64,000 nucleotides of DNA from the human T2T-CHM13v2.0 reference genome, Homo sapiens, in NCBI RefSeq assembly GCF_009914755.1, contig NC_060936.1. One strand, written 5' to 3'. Numbering within the stretch: the stretch's first letter is position 1; each line of letters starts with the position of its first letter. Under the pieces are notes generated by a model. That model was not told the origin of the DNA. It worked only from the letters and a program-made list of their open reading frames with translations, and made no database searches. This document shows positions 33,941 through 53,859 of the stretch, piece by piece. The position numbers and the translations under genes are program-made.

Positions 33941-35784
33941 TCACATACCCACTTGAGCTGAATACTTGAATATAACCCAATTATCTAAATTATGAAGTGA
34001 AACTACCAAACATTGTAGAGATATTGGGCTCTAGAAAGTGCTTCCACTGTTGCTCCCGATTAAGGGGTTTAGATAAAGATGTGCCTTATTTTACATGGAC
34101 ATATTGCATAATGAAAAAAAATTGCCTTATCACATGCTGAACTTACTCTCCAAATAACAGAAATCCCACTTCTCTGGGCAAAAAGAAAAAAAAATTGCTG
34201 AGAAATAATGAAAACCTAAAAACAATCAAAATGTCTATTACTGGCCAGGTTCAGTGGCTCATGCCTGTAATCCCAGCACTTTGGGAGGCTGAAGCAGAAG
34301 GATCGCATGAACTCAGGATTTCAAGACTAGCTTGGGCAACACAGGGAGACTCTATAAAAAATACAAAAAATTAGTGGGGCATGGTGGCGTGCTCCTATAG
34401 TCCCAGCTGCTCAGGAGGCTGAGGTGGGAGGATCACTTGAGCCAGGGAGGCCGAGGCTGCAGTGAGCTGTGACCCTGCCACTGCACTCCAGTCAGGGCAA
34501 CAGAGTGAGACCCTGTCTCAATTAGAAACAAAAACAGTTGGCCAGGCGCAGTGGCTTAAGCCTGTAATCCCAGCACTTTGGGAGGCTGAGGCAGGTGGAG
34601 GTCAGGAGTTCAAGACCACACTGGCCAACATAGTGAAACCCCATCTCTACCAAAAATACAACACAAAAAAATTTAGCTGGGCATGGTGTCGCACGCCTGT
34701 AATCCCAGCTACTTGGGAAGCTGAGGCAGGAGAATTGCTAGAACCAGGAGGTGGAGGTTGCGGTGAGCCGAGATCACGCCATTGCACTCCAGCCTGGGCA
34801 AGGGAAAAAAAACAGTCTATTACCTGAAAAAAACAGTTAAATAAATTATGGTATACCCTTACTATAGAATAGTAGCCAGCCATTAGAAAGAATGAAGTAG
34901 AGCTATGTTTATAGTGTGCAAGGATCTCATTAAGTAGGGAAAAAGAAAAACCCAAAACAAAAATTTTTTAAAAATGAGCTGAGCAGAACAACTTGTATAT
35001 TATTATCCTACTTAGGTAAAAATGAATTCCCAACCTATGTAAAAATGTATGTAAATAAATAGAAAGATCTGGAAGAATAAACTTCAAACGAGTAACCTTG
35101 GGGAAGAAGGATTGTAATGGTGGCTGATGAAAGAGGATGTACCCTTTTAAAGTGTACAATTCAGTGTTTCTAGTACATTCACAAAGTTGTGCAGCCATCA
35201 CTATTATCTAATTTCAGACCATTGCATCATTCCACAAAGAAACCTATAGTTCGCAGTCATTCTTCATTCTTCCGTACCCCAGTAAAATTTTAATTAAAAT
35301 TAAATTTAATTAAAATTAATTAAAAAAATTAAAGAATGATAAGGGAATAACTTAGAACTTCTAGAATGTTTTTTCTAGATTTGCAGGGGGAAGTGGGTAG
35401 AATCCAAGAACTTAAGCTCTCTTCTCCAACTATGCATAACCGCAAAAGTATGCCCAACTATACATATGTTTACGATAAAATGACAGAAATAAAAATCCAC
35501 CACCCTCAAATTCCTTCTGTAACAGAAGTTACCCGTCTAATCACTCAAGAAATCTTATCCCCAGACATTGTGGGCAGAGCGGAGACTGAGGAGGGGAGGC
35601 CAGAAAGTGATGGGCGGAGGTGGGCAGGAGGGTACTCGACGGGGTAGGTGGAAAATACAGCGGTACAGCCTGTTTTCCATAGACAGTCTACCTCTCTAAC
35701 CTTCATTAAACAAGTAGGCTAGATTAAAGAAATAACTCCTCTAGCTCAAGGAATTTGCCCTCTAGTACATTAACCCCTTGTTGC

Positions 35785-35925
35785 TGTAAGTGTAGCCTAG
35801 GGACCAGCAGCATTGGTGCCATCTGGACATGTATTAGAAACGCAGATTATCAGACCCTACTCCTCAATCAGAATTTGCACTTTCACAAGATCCTAGGGAT
35901 TCGTATGTATATTAAAGTTTGAGAA
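35785..35925. mobile_element. MER5-family DNA transposon fragment (others at ~1765-1833 and ~38990-39152)
   Basis: gaccagcagcat...ttagaaacgcaga...aagatcc...aaagtttgagaaa pattern. Confidence 0.6.
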
Positions 35926-36095
35926 AAAACGCTTTCCTGCACGCTCCAAGGGCACTTCACCACAGTAACCCCTAAAAAGCCTCAGTCCTGGGTCCCCCAG
36001 TCCAGTGCCTGGTAGGGCAGGAAGGGGGCGGGGCTAGGAAATGGGCGGGGCCCTGGACCAATGAGGAGCAGAGTCCCAGCCGCCTGCTCCCTTCA

Positions 36096-37018
<923 letters not shown>

Positions 37019-39087
37019 GTGAGAGAGTTCACCTCAGTTCTGAGGTCCGGAATCCGGTAGCCTGGGTCACCAGCCAGGGCCCTGCCGCCCGCCGTCCTTC
37101 TCTGACAGTAGCTTTAGTTCTGGAATGGAAGGTTATTGTGTGTGAGGTGGGTGGGGCAGGGGTTTTGTTAAGAGAAAAAACCCCACGGTTACTCCTGCAG
37201 TCTTGTTTTTCTAAACGGGAGAATACGGATGGAGGAGGGTTTAGACCGATAAAGCTTGCAAAAACTTATTGGACTCTGAGCACATACCTGTGATCCGTAA
37301 TTAAGGAGGCCATATTATCAAATCCACCCTCTAAGGCACTCGAGGAGGCTCCAGACAAGCTGCTTAAAAGCGCTATGCCTGTAGTGACTTCATTGGAAGG
37401 TGTCAACTATTTTTTAGTACGTCAAACTCAGGAATTATTTGTGATGACACTTTCTAAAAACATTGGATACTATGAGTGAGTTTTCTAAGTAGCCTATCTC
37501 CGTTCTGAAAAATAAATAGTTTAGCAAAAATGCTCCAAATCAGCCTGCCACTGTAAAACCCCATTATGTTCTGGTGATGGCTTGAAAGTCAGGTGCTTGA
37601 AGATTCCTTTTGGACTTTGCAGGTTTGTTGTTGTTTGGTTTGCTGTCTTATTCTTTAGCACAAATATTTTTAAAATATTTAAAAATGAAATCAGCTGAGT
37701 ATATAAATTACTTCTTGAGGCAACATTAAACTGTAATCATAAAGAATGCTTTTGGGGGATTGTGTAAAGGAAGGGAACCTAATGGAAGGTAAGGGCCTTC
37801 ATTCTCTTTAGATTTACATTACTCACATGCAGAAACCTATTTTGTCTCTAAGATTCATAAATACCCAGTAAAATAAATACAGGCACATTGTACTTCTATA
37901 CTGTGGAATACTTTCTAGACAGATCAACCCTGTTACTGGGAATAACTACTCATATTCACATGTTTGAAATTCATGATATACCTCCCTTCCCCCACCCCAA
38001 GAAGAAAAATAGCTCCTCTTACTGTGTTTAACTCCGTGGGTAGCATCACTATCCATTCCTTTGTATAGAAGTTGAAGTTTGACAATTCCTCTGTCGTGCT
38101 TCATACTCAGCCTCTCATGAAGTCCTGTTGATTTTGCCTCTTGAATATCTCTTGACTCTTGTCTGCTCTTCGTCTGTAACAGTAGTCCTGTTCCAAGCCA
38201 CCACCATCTCTCATCCTGACTACTTCCGTAGCCTCCTGATTATGGTCTGCTTGCATCTACTGTGGTCTCCTGTAGTTTTCCAAACAAGACTTAGTGACTT
38301 TTTCAAAATGCAGACCTAATAACATTGTCTTAGTGTTTAAAATCTTTCAGTGGCTTCTCACCATTTTTAAGTAAATCGAACACATTAACATGCCCTACAA
38401 GCCCTGCATAGTCGGTCCCCTTTCCAAACTCATCTCCACTGTGCTTTCTGACATTCCCTTTCTCCCCTAGTCACCCTGTCTTTTCTGTTCTCCTGCTTCA
38501 AGTATGTGGCTTTGGTTATGCTACTTCCTCTGCTTGGAAATGCCCTTCCTTTCTTTTTTTAGCCAATTATGCCTATTCATCATTCAGCTCACTTCAGGGA
38601 AGACTTTCCTGATTAGAATACATTCTCCTGATTATATGTTCTTACCACACCATTGAAGAGTTGTCATGTTTATTAATACTTAATAAATTAATTAGATGTT
38701 CCTCATCTCCTGATGTGTAAGTGCTGAATGTTTATTAAATGAATGAATTCATTTAATGCTTACTGAATGGGCCAAGAATTGTACTAAACATTTTATCTTA
38801 TCATCACTGTTAATCCTTATAACAATCACTTGAGGTATAGCTAGCTTTTCCCCTTTTTGTAGATTAGAAATAGTGTTAGGGTGGGTAGTTAGTTGGTGAT
38901 GGCTCTAGTAAATATTAGAATTGGCATTTGAACTCAGATTTCCTTACCACTGAAGAGTGTGTACTTAACCATGTAACTTAATTTTAACACTTTGCTGTTC
39001 ATCAGAATCACTTACGGAGCTTTCTCAGGATACAGATATACTTCACCTTTATAGGTTCCGATTCCAAAGGTTTGAGATACTACCTAG

Positions 39088-39512
<425 letters not shown>

Positions 39513-39797
39513 GAGATTTTATACTTTCTTAAATTAAGGAAGAACTGTAGACTTTAAGGAAGTGATCATTTAATCTAATTTCCTACTCAGTTATTCCTTG
39601 TCCCTCTTCTCTAGCTGGAAGGCCTGAATAGTGAGAAACTGTCACCCCTCTGCTACTGCTTTAAAAAAAAATTACAATAATTTCAAGAATCTGATTAACT
39701 TCTTGTTGTAAAAACTATAGTTCACTAAATACATGGGCTGGAAGTAGCTTCAAAAAACTTGGATGTAATCTTTCCTCAGATCTTACTTATTGTTTAA

Positions 39798-40007
<210 letters not shown>

Positions 40008-40442
40008 TAAATCTTAAATCTTATTGTACAGTGGTCTTAAAATTTGTGACCAGTGACAGAAACTGAATGTTTTACTTCTTGTTTCTCCCCCTGCATTTAG
40101 CATGGTGCTTTTCATCTAGTAGGTACCCAATAATTTGTGTACTAACTTGGCTGTACATTGCTAAGTCTTTTCAGTTTTTTATGTTCGTTTTTAAAATCAG
40201 GCTTGTCTTCTGTAATCTGTTCTGGCTTAACTATGTCTGATAATTAGATACTCTTTGTAATTGTAAAGAGAATGATTATACTCAGCTGGTTTAATCTTTG
40301 TTCTGTATAAGATTAAACATGATTTCTGTATAGAACAAAGAAGAGCATTATCCAGTTTTTGAAAACTTTCTTTTAAAAAACTTCTAGTAATCTCTGAGTG
40401 CTCCCACAAGCAGAAATGTATATTTCAAGAATACATCTTAAG

Positions 40443-40514
40443 GCCAACTCTGGCCTTAAAGTTAGCCCTGCTCCTTGCAGAGCAGCAAAAAAAAAAAAAA
40501 AAAAAAAGAGAGAG
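40443..40514 (+). mobile_element. Short unidentified retro-insertion (44-nt body, A21, GA tail)
   Basis: 15-bp TSD agaata(c/t)atcttaag at 40428-40442 and 40515-40529. Confidence 0.75.
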
Positions 40515-43500
40515 AGAATATATCTTAAGATCATCTTTCTTTAGATACAAACAGGTAAGTACTGCATATGGGAGTATAAGCACACGTATTTTCCCCCAGA
40601 TTTTGTGAAGTATTTAACCGTATTTCATGTCTTCTGAATGTAATTCTTGAATGTAATTCTTAATTAGAATTACAAAAATTCATTGAATAACTATAAATGA
40701 TGATATAAATGGTATTCTCTTATTTTCAGGCATTTACATACAAATCTCAGACCTTTGTGCCCCTTTAAGGGATAAAGCAAACTATTTTGAGTTTCTTTGT
40801 TTTATATTGTTGTTCTTTGTAGTCAGTGTCTATTATTTTGTGCTTTTTGAAAGTCTAGTCTCTGCTAGGTGCCATGAGACTGAAAGTTATTAAATGTAAC
40901 TTCATTGCCAGATGTAATTACGGTAAGCCTTTTATTTGCATTGCAGTGACTTCAACAAAAATGGAAGCTCATTCTGCTTTATAATATTTTATTCTTGGGA
41001 TTGTAAGCTTGGGAAGCTGGGGAAAAAAGTAAAAATATATTCTTGGGGAAGTATAGGACTGTTTGTAGTCATGTTATTTGAAAATTCAGGAAGTCTTTGT
41101 TAAGCATAAATATAATTTTACCTGTTACATTTCTTGCTGTATCTAGAATTCATGAGCAGGCAGGACTGAAAGAATTGCCAGTTCCTTTCAGCTACCTGCT
41201 GTCAGATGCTGTAATACTCATCCTACTTTCTGCCAGGTGCACGTAAAATCTAGTATTACAACAGATTCACATGCTGGTTCTATTGAAAGCCAGGTGATGG
41301 CTGAGCTAGATGGTAGAGAGATACACAGTCTTGGAATCATACTGAAGCTACCCCAAATCCTATTTTGGCTGAAATTTAGGAAGGGCAGATGATTGAATTT
41401 CAAGTGAATTATAATAAATGGTGTACAATGAGAAATGCCTTACATGACTAAGAATTTCCATCATTTATAACTTTGTCATTGGAAAATATAGGCTTTTTTC
41501 TTCATTAATCAAAGGAAAAATGAAAAGCTATCATTTTAAGAAAAGGTATTTGGACTCTTAGGTTTCTTATATGTCAAATGGCTATGCTAATAATTCAAAA
41601 TCTCGTTTAAGTTCAGGTCTTATTTTACAGGCTCCTTGGAGATTACTCTGTCCTTGGCCTTCTGTAATTTTCATGGTATTCTTGGGTGATATTTTTCAAG
41701 GCCATAGTCTACCATACTGGCTCATCGTGCACCAATTTTTACTTTCAGTCTGGACGGTTTTTTCTAAGTTTTTGGCCTGCATGTCTAAAAACCTATTAGA
41801 TATCTCCATCTGAGTGTCATTCAGGCAGCTCAAATTCTACATGTCCAAGTTGAGTTCTTCCCCTATAAAACAACTGGCTTCTATATGTCGTTGGTAAATG
41901 GCTTCACCTTCCACCTAGACTGTGAAATTGGGGGTGGGGTAGGATTCTTAGTTTCGTTCTTTTCTTCTCTTGGTTTTAACTTGTTTCTTAATTTTTCCTT
42001 TCTTCTCCTTTCTCACTGCTATTTTTGTAATTCAGCAACGCTTCTCCCTTTAAAAATTTGTTTAAAATGTGAAATATAACACATAAAAGTATATAACGTA
42101 GTTTAACATGTAAATACAAAATAAATATCTGTATAACTAGCACCTTTGAAATACCTCCTTTACCCACCATCTCTTCTCTATCTTCCTTGACCATATTTCC
42201 TTTATTTTCTTGCTTTTATATATTCTGAATTATAAATATCCCTGAATTGCATATTGAAGTTCTCTTCAGTCTTGCCATATTCTCAGCCTCCACCTTTAGT
42301 ATATCTTTCACTCTGCTTGATAGAGTGATTGATCATCTTACTGATGCCTGAAACCCTTCTGTGGCTTCCATAGCTTGATTTCTTACTACTCAATGTCCTT
42401 GGTGATCTGGCTTTTTAGCCTCCTTTGCCATACTTTCTTCTTTTTCTTCAGCTTTTAACTGAACTTGGTTTTTGCTTTGTGATTTTACTCCTACAATTCT
42501 CCTATTCTCTATCCAGTTTACTCCTCTAGCATTACTGTTTTTGGGAAACATTCTATTCCTCTTCTTTTTGTTCCTATAACACTGTGCATGTATATTCTGT
42601 AGCGTTTTATCACTCTGTAGGCTAGTGCTGTGGTGGTTTTACTTGTCTGTCTTCTCCCTTTGATGTAAGATTTTTCATAGCTTATTTTTCATTTACTTCC
42701 TTCCCAGTTTCTCATATGGTATCAGATACATAGTGGATACTCAGTAAATATTAAACCACCAAATGAATTTCCATGCCTGTTCTTTGCCATACGTACATCA
42801 GTGTTGACTCTGGATGATGGATAGCATCTCAAATTTGAATATCAATTCTGAAAATATGCTTTGTTTTCATATGTAACTGTAGTTTGCAGACCACACCATA
42901 GTCTTCCTCCCTTACATATCTTGGCACGTGGTATTATAATCCCTTCTGGAATACTCCTTCCCCCCTTACTTTATAGTTTTGAGCCCATCTTAATATTTCC
43001 ATAGCATGTACATTCTTACCACAAGTTAATTGCTGTAACTCTTTGGAGGACTGAGTCTGCTATTGGACGGAGTCCCTAAAAAGAAGAACCTCTGTATTCT
43101 CAGTGTATAACAAGATGCACGGCATTTAATATATAGCTTGTCAGGCAGCGTTAGAGGAATAGATATGTATGGTTTTAAATAGAATTTTGTATCCTTTCAC
43201 CTTCCCGTCAAAATCAACAGCAGATGTTCATAGAGAACAACTTGGCATAGCCAGTAAATGTTTTCATAATGCCAGTAGCAACATTTTCTAGCTGCTTACA
43301 AAAATGCAGCATTAAATTAAAAAGGGAAAGTCAGTCTCCATTTCCATTTACAGACAGTTCAAATCTTTAATAGAAGAAAGTGGGTTATATTTACATAAGT
43401 ATAATTTCGTTAATAGAGAAAACAGGATACAAACTACCTGAGATCAGTGGTCTTCAAATATTTTTGCTTGTGTATCCAATAATTTTGAATAACATGTGCT

Positions 43501-44124
43501 CCTCTTGCACATTTTTTAAGTTGATCACAGCTGGAGTTTTTTTGTCAAGAGTTTAAATAGTTGCAAAAGATCTAATTTCTAAATTGTCGTATATTGTGAT
43601 AGTGCTTTACTTTATCAAAACCTTGGAGTTTATCAATTGAAATAAATGTGTTCCTATATATCTCTGTGACAACCATCTTCTTAACTGTAGTTCTGTGGTA
43701 GATAAGGCGTGGGTTCTTGTTGTTATTAACATCTGTCCTGAAAGAAGCAAGGTACAGCCTCCTTTAGTATTTCTTATCAAACTTCCTTGTGCTTTACTCT
43801 TAAGTGGCTTTCTCATAGAATTAAATCTACAGATTGCATCCCCCTCCTCCCACAAAATTTTTTTACACCTAGGAAAATGGCCTACAGTAACACTGGGATG
43901 GCTGAGAGAAATACTTTGTTTTAGTCAAGTGGGAAAAAATTGTGAACAAAGAAGTGGTTAAGGAAAATCTTCAGGACATAGACTTGTTCTCAGGCAAATC
44001 AATTTTAGGAAAGAGTACACCTGGAAGTTGACAATTTGGAGAGCGATAGGGCTTTAAAACCTTGGTTTGTGCCATAGACCCTTTTGACAATTTAGTAAAG
44101 CCTGTGGATCCCTTCTCACAGTAA

Positions 44125-49450
<5,326 letters not shown>

Positions 49451-49860
49451 TTATTTATTCATTTATTTACTTAGAGTAATATTTTTAAATGTATGAAATA
49501 AAATGTATAGAAAAAATTGTTTTGAAATAATTGTAATAACATTTTCATAACTACAAAATGGTTTTATATATGTTTAATGCATTCAATAATAAAACCTAGT
49601 ATGGGGGCCTAATAATACCTCTAATTCTCTTTGAAGTCTTTACCTGACTCCAGATTAGGAACTGCTACCTTAAAACTGTCTATGCCCATGTATTCCCTGA
49701 AAAGTCTTCATGTAACCCTAGAGATGCAGACATTCTAGTTTGAAGAAAGCTTCCTTTAACTTTCTTCAACTAAAGATGTCAACAGACATCATCACAATTA
49801 GAGTCTATTTTAATTTACCAAAGGAGAAAAGTTAAGCCTGGCAATTACTAATTATTAATA

Positions 49861-50087
49861 CAGGTTGAATATCCCTAATCCAAAAATCTGAAATGCTCCA
49901 GAATCTGAAACTTTTGAGCAGTGATATGGTGCTTAAAGGAAATGCTCTTTGGAGCATTTCAGATTTTGGATTTTTGAATTAGGATTGCTCAGGCAGTAAG
50001 TATATAATGTAAGCATCCAACATCTGAAAAAATAAAAAAATCCAAAACACTTCTGGTCCCAAGCATTTAGGATAAATATTCAACCTG
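49861..50087. mobile_element. Tigger4a/MER46-type MITE
   Basis: TA|caggttgaatat ... atattcaacctg|TA terminal inverted repeats. Confidence 0.85.
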
Positions 50088-50243
50088 TAACAACTACTGA
50101 TCATTATGCTTATTAAAAATTACCAATTAAATGATAAGTATTCATTAATGACACTAGTCATTAATAACAAACCTATGTAAAATTCTAAAAATAATCTTCT
50201 GACTGTATGCTTATGTGTATTTTATTGTCCCTTTACCATCAGT

Positions 50244-50275
<32 letters not shown>

Positions 50276-50276
50276 A

Positions 50277-50513
<237 letters not shown>

Positions 50514-50840
50514 TAAAGTGCTGGGATTACAAGCCTGAATGCTTCTTTATTAGGAAATATTCTTAAATGATTTCATAGTTGAATGTAATTATTGTTTTAA
50601 TAACAAAACTTTTTATAAAATACCAATTTGGGCTAGGTGTGGTGGCTTATTTATGCCTGTAATCACAGCACTTTGGGAGACCAAGATGGGAGGATCACTT
50701 GAGGCTAGGAGTTTGAGACCAGCCTGGGCAGCATAGCAGTACCCTGTCTCTACAGAAAAATAATAATAAAGAAAATAGGCTGGGCGCTTTGGCTCACGCC
50801 TGTAATCCCAGCACTTTGGGAGTCTGAGGCGGGCAGATCA

Positions 50841-51095
<255 letters not shown>

Positions 51096-51543
51096 TTAGT
51101 AAAGTGTAAAGTGTTAGCATCTTTTAAGTTGTATATTGTTGTTTTTAATGTGAAGTGATCAACACCTGTGAAAAGGGGTGGAAAAAGAAAAAATAAGAAT
51201 AAATGTTTAATGTGAAGTGAGAGTCAGACCTCCTATATTTGTTGTTGTTGTTGTTGTTTTTGAGACAGAGTCTGGTGCTGTCACCCAGCCTGGAGTGCAG
51301 TAGTGTGATCTCGACTCTTGACTCACTGCAGCTTCTGTCTCCCGGGTTCAAGCAATTCTTGTACCTTAGTCTCCCTAGTAGCTGGGATTGTGGGCACGCG
51401 CCACCATGCCTGGCTAATTTTTGTAATTTTTGTAGAGATGGTTTTTCGCCACATTGGCCAGACTGATTTTGAACTCCTGGTCTCAAGTGATCCTCCTGCC
51501 TCAGCCTCCCAAACCCCACAAACCCCACAAAACCCACTTTTAG

Positions 51544-51777
<234 letters not shown>

Positions 51778-52196
51778 TGACCTCAGGTGATCCGCTTGCC
51801 TTGGCCTCCCGAAGTGCTGATATTACAGGCGTGAGCCACCATGCCCATCCCCCACTTTAAGTCTTAAAGGATCCATGTTATACAGTTGAGCAATATTCAT
51901 TCTCTTTCTTAATGTCATTGTCAAGTGTGAGTATATCTTTTCCTGGTCAGTGAGAACTGAGGTTGAAACGAGCAGTTTGATTTCTGGACTTAAATTTGTA
52001 CTAAAGTGTATTGGGTTCTCTGAAGATAAAACCAACATACAACTTTCATCTATATAGGATTATTCTGTTCACTGTTTGGGAGATCTTACACTTTTCAAAT
52101 TAAACTATGAATAAATGCTTATATAGATAAGAAATGATCAGTTCTCCACTATCCTTCTGTTTTTCTAGGTAACTATAACTACCCAATATTGCAGCC

Positions 52197-52373
52197 ATGG
52201 AGTCCATGCTTAATAAATTGAAGAGTACTGTTACAAAAGTAACAGCTGATGTCACTAGTGCTGTAATGGGAAATCCTGTCACTAGAGAATTTGATGTTGG
52301 TCGACACATTGCCAGTGGTGGCAATGGGCTAGCTTGGAAGATTTTTAATGGCACAAAAAAGTCAACAAAGCAG
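52197..52373 (+). CDS. SCYL2: SCYL2 (CVAK104) exon 2 coding part (MESMLNKLKS...KKSTKQ); exon starts at 52169
   Basis: Acceptor ttttctag|GTAACT at 52168/52169, strong Kozak GCAGCCATGG, 177 nt, donor CAG|GTGAGT. Recognised SCYL2 N-terminus. Confidence 0.96.
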
Positions 52374-53733
52374 GTGAGTTTTAATTCAGCATCCACTTGG
52401 AAAAAACCCACATGCTAAGAACCATAAAATGCATGTGTGCATTTTTATGTTAAGAAATGCCAAAAGTTCTTTAATAGGTTCTTAAATGGGTTCTTTAGTT
52501 CTCATTTTATCTTATTAAGTCATACAAAAAAACAAATGCTTTTAAACATGCTCTGAATCTCCTGGTTACACATATACTGTTTGACATACCATATCATCTT
52601 GAAATATAATTTTGCTTACTTAATAAACATGTCAGTTGAGCAAACGAGTATATTAGATTGTAATATTTAGTGAAGCATATGTTTTAGGATAGAAATTGCC
52701 GTGTTTCTTAAATTTTCTTTTCATATTTGTCAATATGTTACTGGCAAAATACCCAGTTAAATTTTTCAACGTTAAGTGCGTCTTAGTGCAGTCAGTGCTG
52801 GGATTACAGCGTGAGCCACCGTGCCCGGCCAAAATCACTGTTTTCAAAAGTCTTTTACTTCCCTACAAGTGAAATATATGGGTTGTAAAATGTAAAGGAT
52901 TTCTTATATATACCTCCCAATGACTACCACAGTCATACAATTGTGGGTATGCATTATTTGCTACTTTTCCGAAGTTAGCTTATTTCCCAGGTAAGTACAT
53001 TGAAGACTGAATTGGCTTTGGTTATCCTTTTATGAAATAGGAATCTTGGTCCTATGATAAATTGCTGGTATGTCATTTGTATTCAACCTGTTAAGTCTTG
53101 TTTTTATTGCCATTTGGAAGTCTTTACTGAAATTCAGAGTTGATCTGCATCTGAAATGCTGATCGATTTGTTACTTTTGAACATTGCTTTTTTCTTCAAT
53201 TCACCATAAGCTCATCCAAAAAAGTAAATGGTTTCTTGAGTATTGACTACCTAAAAACTATTAATGAGGTCATGAGTTTTGTAAATGAACAACCTCCTCT
53301 GATTCTAGCACAAATTGCTTTTACAATCAGTTATATAAGGGGAAAACAAAATAACAAATTTATAAAATTAGACATTTTTATTAAGGATGTGGTAATATAT
53401 AATAGCATCTCTGTGCGTAACTAGAAAGGTTCTAGGTAGTTGTGGTAATATCAGTAGTTCATATGCTGAAATCTCCTGATGATTTTGGAGCTTCTAGAAC
53501 ATGAGAACCAGGCACAAATGATAGAACACCATTCTCAACTGCTGACTATCAGCACTGGATTTTCTTAGGGAACTTTTCTACATTGCACTTTTTTTCTGTA
53601 TTTATTGCTTTGGAATTAAAGGTGGTACACCAGTGAGCTCAGTGGATATAGGTTCAAATTTTCTTTTTTGCCTCCTTCAACTTGCAAGGGTCAGAACTGA
53701 ATATCCTGTCTTTACTACTGGTTAATTTTTTAA

Positions 53734-53859
<126 letters not shown>

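Noticed and set aside
35283-35332. AT-only quasi-palindrome
   Set aside because: Low-complexity sequence, too short to be a PATRR.
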